Origin: Schmidtea nova
Lineage: Eukaryota
Assembly (NCBI GenBank): GCA_044892505.1
Contig: CM097884.1
Location: 106,702,001-106,766,000, forward strand
Direction of reading: 5' to 3'
Length of the DNA: 64,000 nt
The notes below the pieces were generated by a model, which was not told where the DNA came from, searched no databases, and worked only from the letters and a program-made list of their open reading frames with translations. Below, one piece after another: positions 49,332-60,629 of the stretch. Each line of letters opens with the position of its first letter. Position 1 is the stretch's first letter. Made by a program: the position numbers and the translations under genes.

Positions 49332-50469
49332 TGTTGAGGTTCCAAATATTTGCTATTTGCAATCTCAACTTGTTATTGGGGTGATTCTTATATAAATATC
49401 AAAAGCAAAGTTTGTTTTTCAAAATTTTATTAATACAATAAAATTACTTTTTATTTCGTTTACAATTGTCTACGAATAACTCAAATTCTTTATTACACAA
49501 ATTTAAAAAGAAAAAGTCGTATCAAATCAATTCTTGCAATTGAACCTATTGGGTGACTGTTATGTAGTGCGTGCTATATTTAATTGTGGATCCAATGTTT
49601 CTGATCCGGGTTTTAATAAGTTTTTCAAGATTGCCTTGAAAACTCAATTTGCGCTAATTTTAAATCTTGATTTTACACTAGATTTTAAAGCTAGGATTTT
49701 TTTGGGCCTCTTTACTGATTTTTTCTTTAGTTTATATAGTAAAATTTGGTATGGATAAATAATTTAATTTCCGGTCTGATATTAAAATATTATTAAATTT
49801 AGTTTTCAATTTATTCTATACTCTGCGATTAAAATAATTATATTTCAATTTCCGTTCTTGTCGTGATATTAAAATTTTCAATTTATTCTATACTCTGCGA
49901 TATAATTATATTTTAATTTCCGGTCTTGTCACGATATCAAAATTTCCAAATTATTTCGTATTCTGTGATATTAAAATATTATTTAGATTTGATTATTTTT
50001 AAACAACTGAATTAAATTATTTTATTTATTGATCTGTTTGTTTTATATGTATATACAACTCATAAAATAATAAAAGGAATAAAATACACATCAAGATAAA
50101 AGGAATAAAATACACATCAAGATACACCTATTTTATATGTACATGCAAATCATAAACTACACATCAAGATATATTAAAAGAAAACAATTGTTTGTTGAGA
50201 AATGTCACAATAATAAAATGTCACAATCATATTAATTTTCTTGATTTCTGTGATGGGAGTTGCAATCTTTGTTGAGAAATGTCACAATAATAAAATGTCA
50301 CAATCATATTAATTTTCTTGATGGGAGTTGCAATCTTTGTTGTGTGGCTTGGATTGGTATTCTGTGTATTGGGATTCCGCGTAAATGTTGATCCTATAGC
50401 TGTTAGGCCCTGTCCTATAATATTTATTTAGGACAAATGCTTGGATGGGCTTCCCTCGATCATCCAACA
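49332..50469 (-). repeat. 5' LTR of the large Gypsy element
   Basis: Matches the 3' LTR and is followed by the PBS. Confidence 0.95.
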
Positions 50470-50473
50470 CTCA

Positions 50474-50663
50474 GAAGTTTAGGGCGGCCTGAACGTTGCT
50501 TGTTGACATGTGTCTGCTCCTGGCGGTACTTCCTTAGGAAGTAGTTAATAGTTCCTTTGGGATGGCCAGTCAATGCAGCAGTTTTACTCTGACTTTTTCC
50601 ACAAAAGTAACATCCGTAAATAATACTTTTCTGAAAGTTTGTAAGCTTTCTCCGAGTAGCCAT
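50474..50663 (-). pseudogene. Tc1 transposase N-terminal HTH part
   Basis: MATRRKLT...RSGRPKLLS continues in frame with IRKQRQLKQL on the other side of the insertion. Confidence 0.9.
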
Positions 50664-51011
50664 ATTCTAAGAAAATGAAAATCCTTCATTAACATGACTC
50701 ACTGTTATCACGGTTGTGTGTCTGATGTGAGTAGTCATATTCTAAGAAAGTGACAATCCTTCATTAACATGACTCACTGTTATCACTGTTGTGTCTGGTG
50801 TGAGGGCGTGAGGGCGTGCGTGCGTACATGTGCGCATGTTGAAGGTGTTAGTGACATTTGTTCCCATTGCTGTTCATATTTGCACTGCAGACGTTCATTT
50901 TAAACTGCAATATGTAAATAACTGCCTGACTGGAGACTTTTGTTAGGCCGGGGTATATTGTTTCTTGATTTGTAATTGGAGTGAATTAATGTATTCGTGA
51001 AGTTATTAGGA

Positions 51012-51847
51012 TGTAACGTATTCACTTTTATTATGTTTTGATTAAGGTTAAGATATTGAAGCGCAATAAAAAGCCAGAATTTGTGACCCGATTGGCAAAG
51101 AATCAGAGAACTTAAAGTTTTTTATCAACCATAGTGAACCCGAAATATAAGTGACTAATTGTGAGTAGTCGCAATAATGCAGCTCATCTGCCTATTAGCG
51201 TTCGAAAGCCGTGATGTACATTACCAACGTGATAGTTAAGAATAATCTTAAGTACATGCGCTAATGACTCATAATGTCTTGTGCCCGTGAATGGAAGATG
51301 AAAGCTAACGAACCCTAGAAATTAACCCAACACGCGGTGAACAAAAATTATTGTGTTAGGTGCTTTGATTGATTTTAAATAAGAACACGAAGATTCACAC
51401 ATTTATAATGATGGGTTTTTGGCAAATAAACGAAAACTGATTACTGTGGCTCTATCTCAATAACCTCGATTATATACATTATATAACCAACTTGTGGGCG
51501 ACATCCTCAAAACGTGAGCTTCTAGTGTGTCGAAACTATAATTGACCGAATGTCTTGGGTGGGTTCAAGGGCGACTGATAGAAGGTACATTGCCCGTTTT
51601 TCGTCTCTTTAACTACTTGAATTATCTACAGGCACCTTGTATCGTTAGTACAGAGTTCACGATAGTGATTTCCGAGAAACATATGATAATAAAATTTTAC
51701 TATTAATTGGGAAAATAAATTTTATCATAACTGTATGACTATAGATCAAAATTTATTTTGGGTTTTTTGGTTGTAAAGTACACGATATTTCTACACAACT
51801 TTTATCAAGTGTGTATAAAGGTTGTGCAACATACCGTGTACCTTACA
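51012..51847 (+). mobile_element. Candidate LTR (family B-related)
   Basis: TGTAACGTA...TACCTTACA inverted ends; contains the GACCGAAT...CAAGGGC...GATAGAAGG motif shared with the 29.9-kb and 63.0-kb repeats. Confidence 0.35.
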
Positions 51848-51849
51848 AC

Positions 51850-52651
51850 TGTTGGGGTTTATTAAAAATTAGTAAAATACAAAAATAAAAATCATAAAAA
51901 CTTAGTAAAAGTCAATAAAGTATAAAATTTTCAAAATTAATTAAAATTTAGGAAAAATTCGAAAACAGAGAATTAGAGGGGGAAATTGGTATGGGTGGAT
52001 GCCGAATATTGAAACGAATCCAAAAATAATAAAACAAAGTGAATGGGGGGTCCCCAGAAAGAAATAATTAAAATATTAATTAAGAATTAATTGGCTAATG
52101 GAAGCCCGAGCTAATGGGAAACCCGAGACAACGGAGAACCTGAAGAGTGTGGGAAACCGGGACAAGCAATATGACAAGTAATAATTCCTGAGAAAATTAA
52201 CTTTGGAGGAGACCCGGAGAGTAACCGACAGATGGAAAATTAAAATGTCAAATCGGAAACTACCATTTGACAGCTGCAGCGAAGTGGGAAACCAATCATC
52301 AGAAGCAGTATAAAAGGGAAAGCCAAATACTAAAGCTTGCCATAATGGTCGAAGCAAAAGTAAGTGAATTCAGCAAGTGTGGAGTTAAGAGCGATATTTG
52401 AAAAGTTCAAAGCCAAATTTATCCTTCTAGCGTACCAGAAAGGGAGATCTTCTTTGGGGAGACTTATCCCTACGCGAAGTCGGAGAAGCAGTGATAAAAC
52501 TTATTGTGAAATTTTAAAGAGACTTGGTGTGTCAAAAAGTGTGATTGTTACAAATAAATCCTTCTGTGTTGGGTTATTTTATTGAATCAAATTAAAAGAA
52601 CACCGAGCAGTCAGACTAACAGCACCGACTAAACATCCCAAATACCCAACA
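51850..52651 (+). mobile_element. Solo LTR (family A, copy 2)
   Basis: TGTTGGG...CCCAACA, flanks CAAC/TAAC, shared internal motifs. Confidence 0.8.
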
Positions 52652-53201
52652 TAACCAAAAGCTTAAAGAATTTTTTAATCTAGTCATAAAATTATGAAAA
52701 TTATTGTTATAAAAAATAAATATTGCATTGATTGTCAGATATCTTACGGAATTCTAATTTTAGTCACAGTTTCACACTAATTTAGACAAAAATAGAGAAA
52801 CTTGATTTCTATTGGTTGCGATTTATTATCGTAAGTAATATTCTATATTATATCGTATTTATTTATAATCTATTTTTAGAAGTTTGATTTCCCCCGTAAA
52901 TAAATTGAATTATCGAGAAAATTTGTCTGGATTTTCATTAGATTAAATAAATAGTTCTTTTTATAAACCTTAAGTATCTATAATAATAATTATTGATAGA
53001 TTCGGTTTTCGTTTCAGAGTGAATTTGGAATTTAGCTACTATTATGGATTTTTCAAAAAAAATCTTCACGGATTATGTAATTATTTCCGATTTTGGATAA
53101 AGTAATATATTTTAATTAAGTTTTATGTTATAAATTTATTCTTTGGTTTTCTTGTAGTAATAAACCCAAAGTAGATTTTTCTATTAAAAATCTTATTATA
53201 T

Positions 53202-54105
53202 AGTTACAATCTCTTCATAATTCATAACAATTTAACAAATTAAAATATATATTTTTAAAACAGTGCCAACTTGCTAATATTTAAACAAGGTTAATTATTG
53301 AACATCACTCTCCTCTTCATTTTCTTTGAATCTCTTCAGCCATTCAATTCTTCTTGATTTGATTGAGTTTGGAAATTGTAATTCAACTTGTCTTGGTGAT
53401 AAGAATTTTAAAATTTTGTAAGGTCCTTCATATTGGATTCCCTCCTTCTTTCGTCTATGTGGTTCCGAGCGAACTAATACTTTCTCTCCCACCGTGAAAA
53501 CTCGAGTACCCCGGTGTTCTAAATCTCTATTTTGCATTGTTGTAGCTGCTTTCTCTAGATTAGTTTTTGTTTTATCCACGATTTCTTCTTTGCTTTTTTG
53601 TATATGTCCTAATCTAGAATATAAATTAATCTTCCGACCATATACAATTTCAAAAGGTGAGAAATTTGTTGAGTTTTGTATTGTAGCATTCAAACTAAAT
53701 TCAATCTTCGGTAACAATCTGCACCAATTATTTTCTGTTCTAATCTCTGTCAATGATGTTGCCAACATGTCCCGAACTGTTCTTATGATTCGTTCTGCTA
53801 AACCATTTGATTGATGTTGATATGGTGAACTGAATTCTTGTTTTATACCAAATTTCTCCATCCAATCACGAAACATCGATCCTTCAAAAATTCTTCCTCT
53901 ATCTGTAAGAATGCTTTCTGGTCTACCAAAACGATATATCCAATTATTTAAAATGACATTCAAAATTGTTGATTCATCCTGCGTACTTGTTGCTGATAAG
54001 CTGACCAATTTACTAAAACGATCTATTATCACTATCACATATTTCTTACTTGCTTTTGTCTCCATATATGCAATATCCACTACTATCTGTTCTAAAAACC
54101 GTTCT
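53202..54105 (-). mobile_element. 5'-truncated relative of the compact Gypsy: integrase plus ~108-bp 3' LTR (53202-53309)
   Basis: Integrase similar to 23722-24897 (FLEQIV.D.AYME, QEFSSPYQHQSNGLAER), PPT AAGAGGAG, AGT...ACT LTR ends. Confidence 0.8.
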
Positions 54106-54118
54106 CCTGTACTACAGC

Positions 54119-54404
54119 CAACAAAATCACCAACATTTTTAATCAAACAGATTTGCCTATCCGTCCAACGTTCATAACCTCCGCACCGTTAAAATCACAA
54201 CTCCGAAAGCCACCAATTTCCAACATCTGCAAACATAAATGTCTTTGTCGTTCCACAACCCGATGCTTTTGCTTTTCCAAAAATATAGTATATAAACTTT
54301 CTTGCCAAAAATGTGACGCTACTTACATAGGAGAAACACATAGAACTTTTCGCACCCGACTTAATGAACACACTAAAATCAAAACCAGTTTGTGCACAAA
54401 ATAA
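54119..54404 (+). mobile_element. Penelope-like element fragment (GIY-YIG endonuclease)
   Basis: C..KNIVYKLSCQKCDATYIGETHRTFRTRLNEH; near-identical copy at 63760-64000. Confidence 0.88.
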
Positions 54405-54419
54405 AAAGAAAACTAATTA

Positions 54420-55990
54420 TTAGTGGCATATTTTGAATTCTTTTAGGCACATATTTTGTGTACCACTGATGTACAACAATGTACGTCCTAAAGTACTTCA
54501 GCGTTTAATTGGGTATTTGAATGAAGTTTGAGTGTTTTTAGATGACCAAAAACAAATTCAATATAATGAATTATCGAATGTGAGTAGATATAAAGATTAA
54601 TGTCCATCTTTGATTTCTGGTGAAACAGTTGATGTGATATCTGATATGATCAAAGCATTTGGAGCTAAGTTACAAATATTAAAACGTGTTATAATAAGTA
54701 GTAATTTTAAGTATTTTTCAAACCTAAAAAAGGCCATGAAAGGTCTTGAAATTAACGAAAAGCTGGAAGAGGTAAAAATAACAAAATAGTTTGCAAGTAT
54801 TTTAAAATTAGTGTTGGGGTTTGTCATAAGTGACTTAAAAATAAAGTAAAAATTTAAAAAAATTAAATAGAAATTAATAAAATCACAAAAATTACAAAAA
54901 TCTATAAATTAATTAAAATACAACATTAATTAAAAAATTAAGAAAATTGAAAATCAACATATGGCGGGGGAAATTGGTATGAGTGTGTGCCGATTGATGA
55001 GACGAATTCAAATACATAAAATTAAAATCGATGGAGGGTCCCCAGAAAGAAATAATTAAAATATTAAAATATTATTTAAGAATTAATTGGCTATTGGAAA
55101 GCCCGAGCTAACTTAAAACCCGAGCGATGAGGAGAACCCGAGGTGACAAGTTAATTGCCTTGAAAATTAATGTTCCAGACAGAAGGCAAATGGCAATTAG
55201 CATCTAAATTGTCTCAGAATGTAAATTGGAATTTCGAAATTAAAAATTGACGGTTTAATGGCCTTAAAAGGGAAATTTACCATTTGAACGAAAGAAAACA
55301 AATAAATCAACTCTCAAAAGTTTAAATAAAAAGAGAGGCAGAATAAGCAAAGCGTCAGTTACGGTCGAAGCAAAGAAAAGCATCTTGATTAAAGGAAAGT
55401 GTGAAAAGTAAAAAGAGCAACGAGGTCAGTGATACTCTAATTTAAATTCATTTGTTAACACGCGCACCAGAAAGGGACATCTGCCGTTGGGAGACATATC
55501 CCTGGGCATTTGCGAAAAGTCTGAAAAGCAGTTAAATAATTTGTAAAGACAATTGAGTATTAGATTGATTATTAATAAAGGTTATGTGTTGGGCCTTGTT
55601 CATTGATTTTAATAAGAACTCCGAGAAGTCAGATAAAAACCGACTTAACCAAATAAATACCCAACATTAGTAATAGAACAGTTTTTGACAAGATTTAGAT
55701 AGTTCGACAATTTGAAGAATTACAAAATTTATTATTTATTCGGGCACTTATAGAAATGAAAACTTAAATTTAGCGATGCTTGAATGAATGGATTTGGATG
55801 ATTTTGAAATGCAATTGGTCTATTTTCAATCACATTCAGTATGAAGACAAATGTTTTTGGACTTGAAACATTTTGGAAAATATTGAACGAGATAAATTTC
55901 TGGAGTAACTTAAAAGGGTAGTGAAACAAAGATACTGACAACTTGAAAATCCATGCCAGAAAATTTTGGATGAAAAAATAGCAATGACTA
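54420..55990 (+). pseudogene. hAT (Charlie/GTF2IRD2-like) transposase remnant split by a solo LTR
   Basis: KVLQRL..YLNEV, RQFEEL, FWKNIERDKF and LKIHARK-like peptides on both sides of the LTR. Confidence 0.4.
54812..55666 (+). mobile_element. Solo LTR (family A, copy 3)
   Basis: TGTTGGG...CCCAACA with perfect 4-bp TSD TTAG. Confidence 0.9.
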
Positions 55991-56089
55991 TCTTTTATTA
56001 GATATCTTTTATTAAATATTTATGAATTATTGAAAAGGTAAGTTGTCTTACTTTTTATTCGGCAGTTAAATTACATGGGCTTATTTAAA

Positions 56090-56400
56090 TGTCCCCCAAG
56101 ATTTCCTCTTTGAATAAAGGCTTTGGAAAGATCCTTTTCTCTTATTCTTCCTCCACAAACCTTTTGAATGATTCCATCCGAATTTTGTAATCAGTGGTAC
56201 TAAATCCTTTGGTTGCCGCAAAATCTTGTCCGATAGCCCCTTATGATTTATTATATAAACTTTCTATGGGGTTTAGAAAGGGGCTAAATGGCGGCAAGCA
56301 TTTTATATCTTTTCACTCCGTTTCATTACTTCTATTAGTAATTTTTTTATCATATTCTCTATATCTATGAAAATTTGAGTTAAAAATTAAAAATTCAAAT
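56090..56400 (-). pseudogene. IS630/Tc1-like transposase remnant
   Basis: CLPPFSPFLNPIE motif at ~56266-56305. Confidence 0.55.
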
Positions 56401-57732
56401 ATATTTTACGTTTTTCGATGTTTCATTTCTACAGATTCGGGTGGTTGAGGCACAATAACTTCATTTTCTTCATTTCTAAAAATATTTTTTTTATTAAATC
56501 TTTTAATATAATAGTAAATTACATTTCTCATTGATCCTCTCCAATAAATGGTATTATTGATTTCGACAAAGGTTCTGAAATATCTTCATAAATCATGATT
56601 TTTTTTATATTTGTAAATCCCTTAATTAAAGATTGCCACTTAAATTATGTTCATGTGTTTGTATTTTTTATTATAAGATTTTTGTGTGTTGTGTAAGTGT
56701 GTTTTTTGACCTAATTTATCTTTCTTCTTTTCTGTAGTATGGCCCCGTAATTTATGACTGTGCTTTTCATCTTTGTCCTTATCTACAGTAGGTATGTATA
56801 TTTTTTTATATAATTTAATTTGTTATTATAGAATCCTTAATTGTTGCCTGCCTGGCTCTTAATTTATGACTTTTGGTGTATTTGGTATACAAAAAAAATT
56901 TCACTAATAATAAAAAATTCTTTAATTTAATTTACAGAATAAAAATAATAAATTTATTTTGTATATATTTTTAAAGGCACGAAATAGAGCTAGACAAGCA
57001 TAATATTTTGGTAATTTCTGATAGACGCACGTAAAAAGGTTCCCTTCCACTATAATATATACCAATATATATACTATAATATATACTTCCATAATTTCAT
57101 CAAAATTAAAATTTCCGCAGCTGATTTGTACTAGTACTCATGACCAAGTTATATGGTAGCATTACAATATAATGTCTATTATTTTAATTCTATGCTTTTT
57201 TCATGCACAATTTAAAAAAATACATTGCCTACATAATTAAATTTTCAATTACAAAAATCAAAATTATCCTCTTTCAAAATTTCAAACGAGTAATAATATA
57301 TTAATAATTTATAGTAATAATATTTGATAAACACTAAGAAATTTCTCAGATGCTACCTTTGATAATCTTAGCAACAAAATTTTATCAAACTCTATTTTTC
57401 TATGGAATTACTCATGATTTATTATTACATAATTTATTTGAACATAATTCGAAAATTAAAATTTCGAAACTACCAATTTTATCGATTTAAATTTTAATCT
57501 GATACAGGCCTAATTATCTTCAAAATGAGTCATTACCAATTACAAATTGCAATTCATACACCATTTCCTATATAGATAATGCATGAAACAATGTAATAAT
57601 AACGACATGTGCGCACACATACACACAATGCACGTCAGGATGCACAGGATTGGTATTCCTTTTTTGTTTGTTTCCGTTTTATTTTTTTTAATAATTTTGT
57701 ATAAAGAATAACTTAGTATAATTTTAGCACAA

Positions 57733-58776
57733 ATGATCTCCGGAATATTTTCATTTCGGGCGATATCTAAACCGTGCTTTTCCAAACGAATTGTGATAAT
57801 AATTTTTATTTTTATTCTATTGCTTTTTATTTATTTTTTAACCGTCATTAGCGGAACACACGAAAGGTATGATTCTTTTCAAGATTTCTCCTATCCGTCC
57901 GATGTAAATTTCTATAAAATTCTCCAACTTAACAATACAGACAGCATACCACAATTATTTAAATACGAACCAAAATTGATCAATGAAAAAAACATTAAAA
58001 AACATAACGAAACCGACAACATTGTTATTATCGTCAAATCATCTGTTGGTAATCTCGACAAACGCAATGGAATCCGTCAAAGTTGGGCCAGCAAAAACTG
58101 CAAAACAACTCATCAGTATCAAGTCTATTTTGCACTTGGTCAAGTTTCAATTACGCACAATGTCGACTCATTAATTCAAACGAAAATTGATCAAGAATCG
58201 ACTACTTTTAATGACATCGTACAATTCAATTTCATTGATAACTATGTAAACAACACTTACAAAGTGAGAGCAATTATGGATTATTTTGTTAAATATGAAA
58301 GTGAAGTGCCCTATTTGGTTGTTGTTGATGATGATTATTTCATTGATCCGTCGGTTTTGGTTGATACGATTGAAAACGAAATCACAATAGAGCAATATCC
58401 AAGATTTCTAGGTGGGTATGTTTGGTTTCAAGCGAGGCCGATTCGAAGTTCATTTTCCCAGTGGTATGTGTCATACAAAACTTACAGATATAACTACTAT
58501 CCTCCATATCCAGCGGGCGGGTTTATGTTGATTTCCAATCCCATGGCGAGAACATTGAATAAACTGTTGCCATATTTGGAATACAATTCAATCGATGATG
58601 TTGTGATCGGCATTCTCATGTTTAAACTGAACATTTATCCAAATCATTTACGAAATATCCACATGTATAAACCAGATCCTGTTCCAAAGAATTTATTGGC
58701 TTGCCATAGATTGTCTGCAAATTTGCATTTGTTTTGGACAAAAAATCAGTATCAGAAAAAATGTATTAAAAAGTAG
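57733..58776 (+). CDS. Beta-1,3-galactosyl/GlcNAc-transferase (GT31, brainiac/B3GALT-like), single exon
   Basis: Type II TM anchor, IIVKSS..N..KRNGIRQSW, DIVQFNFIDNYVNNTYK, VDDD, YPPYPAGG, IDDV.IG. Confidence 0.93.
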   Translation: MISGIFSFRAISKPCFSKRIVIIIFIFILLLFIYFLTVISGTHERYDSFQDFSYPSDVNFYKILQLNNTDSIPQLFKYEPKLINEKNIKKHNETDNIVIIVKSSVGNLDKRNGIRQSWASKNCKTTHQYQVYFALGQVSITHNVDSLIQTKIDQESTTFNDIVQFNFIDNYVNNTYKVRAIMDYFVKYESEVPYLVVVDDDYFIDPSVLVDTIENEITIEQYPRFLGGYVWFQARPIRSSFSQWYVSYKTYRYNYYPPYPAGGFMLISNPMARTLNKLLPYLEYNSIDDVVIGILMFKLNIYPNHLRNIHMYKPDPVPKNLLACHRLSANLHLFWTKNQYQKKCIKK

Positions 58777-59760
58777 AATTTTTTATTCGAAATCGATTTT
58801 TTATTATTTTACGAAATTAAATCTTTTTTTTCGTTTTATAAATCTGTTTAAATATTTTTTAAAATTTACTTTAGTTTTTGAAATTAGAATTTTATTGATA
58901 TTTATTTTTATCAAAGATTCGAACCCAAAATTATTTTGTTTCGCTTTTTGTTTGTGTTATTCAAATTGTTTTTGTTTAATTACGTTTCTGTTTAAAAAAA
59001 TAAATATTGTCTTGGTTTTCTGTTCGAAACCTTTGTTGTTTTTGGTCAAACTTAATAATTTGCAACAGTGGCGCATGCATTAAATCTTCACGCGGGTTTA
59101 TATGGCCTTAATTATGCTTTAATATTATAGTTCATTGAATTATAATATTAAATAAATTTTATTTTTAACGTCTCTTATTTCTTTGATCTTTCTATTTCAA
59201 AAATTTAATTTTTTTATTTTATTTAAATTAATTAATTTAGTTTAATTATGTTCTGTTCCTAGGGTCTTTAACTTTTTTATGCACCGCCTTCTTGTTTTAT
59301 GTTTGCATAACATAAACTTTAATACTCTTCACTATAAAAGAAAACTTGAAGGATTATTATTTCATAATATTTTACCCTTAATTCTGATAAAGTTCAAAAC
59401 TAAAGATTGTTTGATAAAGATTTTTACTGAAGAAATTTGTTTTATATGCTCCTGATACTATCCTCAATGCAAACGTCTCCATATTCTTTTCGAAATTTGC
59501 ATCAAATAATTTTATATTTGTTGGTTGGAATACTCGATTGTTTATATCAGTAAATAAAAAAAATAAGAAAAGAGCGTTTAATTTAAATAGAAGGGGTTAC
59601 TCTAGAAAGAATAATATCGAAAAATAGGAAAAACTAGTAAATAGCAGATAAAGACATCAAAAACAAAAATGTAAAAATAAACAGAAATAATAAAAAACCT
59701 TTAAGGAATAATAAAAATTTTTAAAAATTGATTGATGAAAGAATTAGAGAAAAACAAAAA

Positions 59761-60580
59761 TGTTGTAGTTAGTATAAAAATCACAAAAGTAACAAGAAAT
59801 AATAGGAAAAGCAAAGAAATATCAAAATAAATAAAAGTTCAAAAATTAATTAAAATTTATCAAAATTTTAAAATTAATATTCATTGGGGGAAATGGGTAT
59901 GGTTGAATGCCAAATCAAAAGACGAACTCGAAAATAATAATAGAAATTTAGTAAGAGGTCCCCAGAGAAAGTTATATGGTAAAAACAAACTAATTAAAAT
60001 TAATTAATCGCTCAATGGGAAACCCGAGCGATGAAGGAAACCCGAGTGCAGTAGAGACTTTTGAGATTAAAGACGGGAGATTGCGCAGGAAAATTACGGT
60101 AAATCCACCCACGCGCAAACATAATTATTTGTTAATGGACCAAATAAGCTAGAGATTGGATAACTTTTTGGTTATTGATAAAATTTAATTTCCATTTGCA
60201 ATATGTATAAAAGGCAGCGCAAAGTAAAAGACGAGGCCAAAAAAATTGAAAGATTAACTAACAGAGAGTTATTAAAATTTATTGAAATTAACCAAGAGAA
60301 AGAAAAGAGACAAATTGCGAAATTCGAAAAAGACAATAAGCGAAGTGAGGAAAGATATTTTGTAACCGTCCTAACGAGAGGATCAAATCAGAATAAGAAA
60401 GAAAGTGCAAATTTTTGAGAGGGTACATCCTATTGATTAAAACAAGTTGGGACAAATTGTAATTTGTGGTGATCATTAAATAAATTGTTCTGTGTTGGGT
60501 TTCATTGATATTCGATAATTAAAGGACACGAGGAGTCAGGTCGTTGAACTGATCTTAAACAACACAATAATTACCCAACA
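59761..60580 (+). mobile_element. Solo LTR (family A, copy 4)
   Basis: TGTTG...CCCAACA and shared internal motifs (GGGGGAAATGGGTATG, GGTCCCCAGA, GGAAACCCGAGCGA). Confidence 0.75.
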
Positions 60581-60629
60581 GAAAAAAAACTAATGAGGAT
60601 AAACAAAAAATAAAATAAGAAAATAACAA

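Larger units (their letters stand above)
36704..50469 (-). mobile_element. Full-length envelope-bearing Ty3/Gypsy element (13,766 bp) with accessory domains
   Basis: Two 1138-bp TG...CA LTRs, 4-bp TSD CTCA (36700-36703 and 50470-50473), PBS, PPT, PR-RT-RH-IN order. Confidence 0.97.
35751..50955 (-). mobile_element. Tc1-type DNA transposon (~1.4 kb when reconstituted) split by the Gypsy insertion
   Basis: Imperfect TIRs of at least 60 bp, TACCCCG.CCTA.CAAAAGTCTCCAGTCAG..., at 35751 and 50955; TA ends. Confidence 0.92.
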
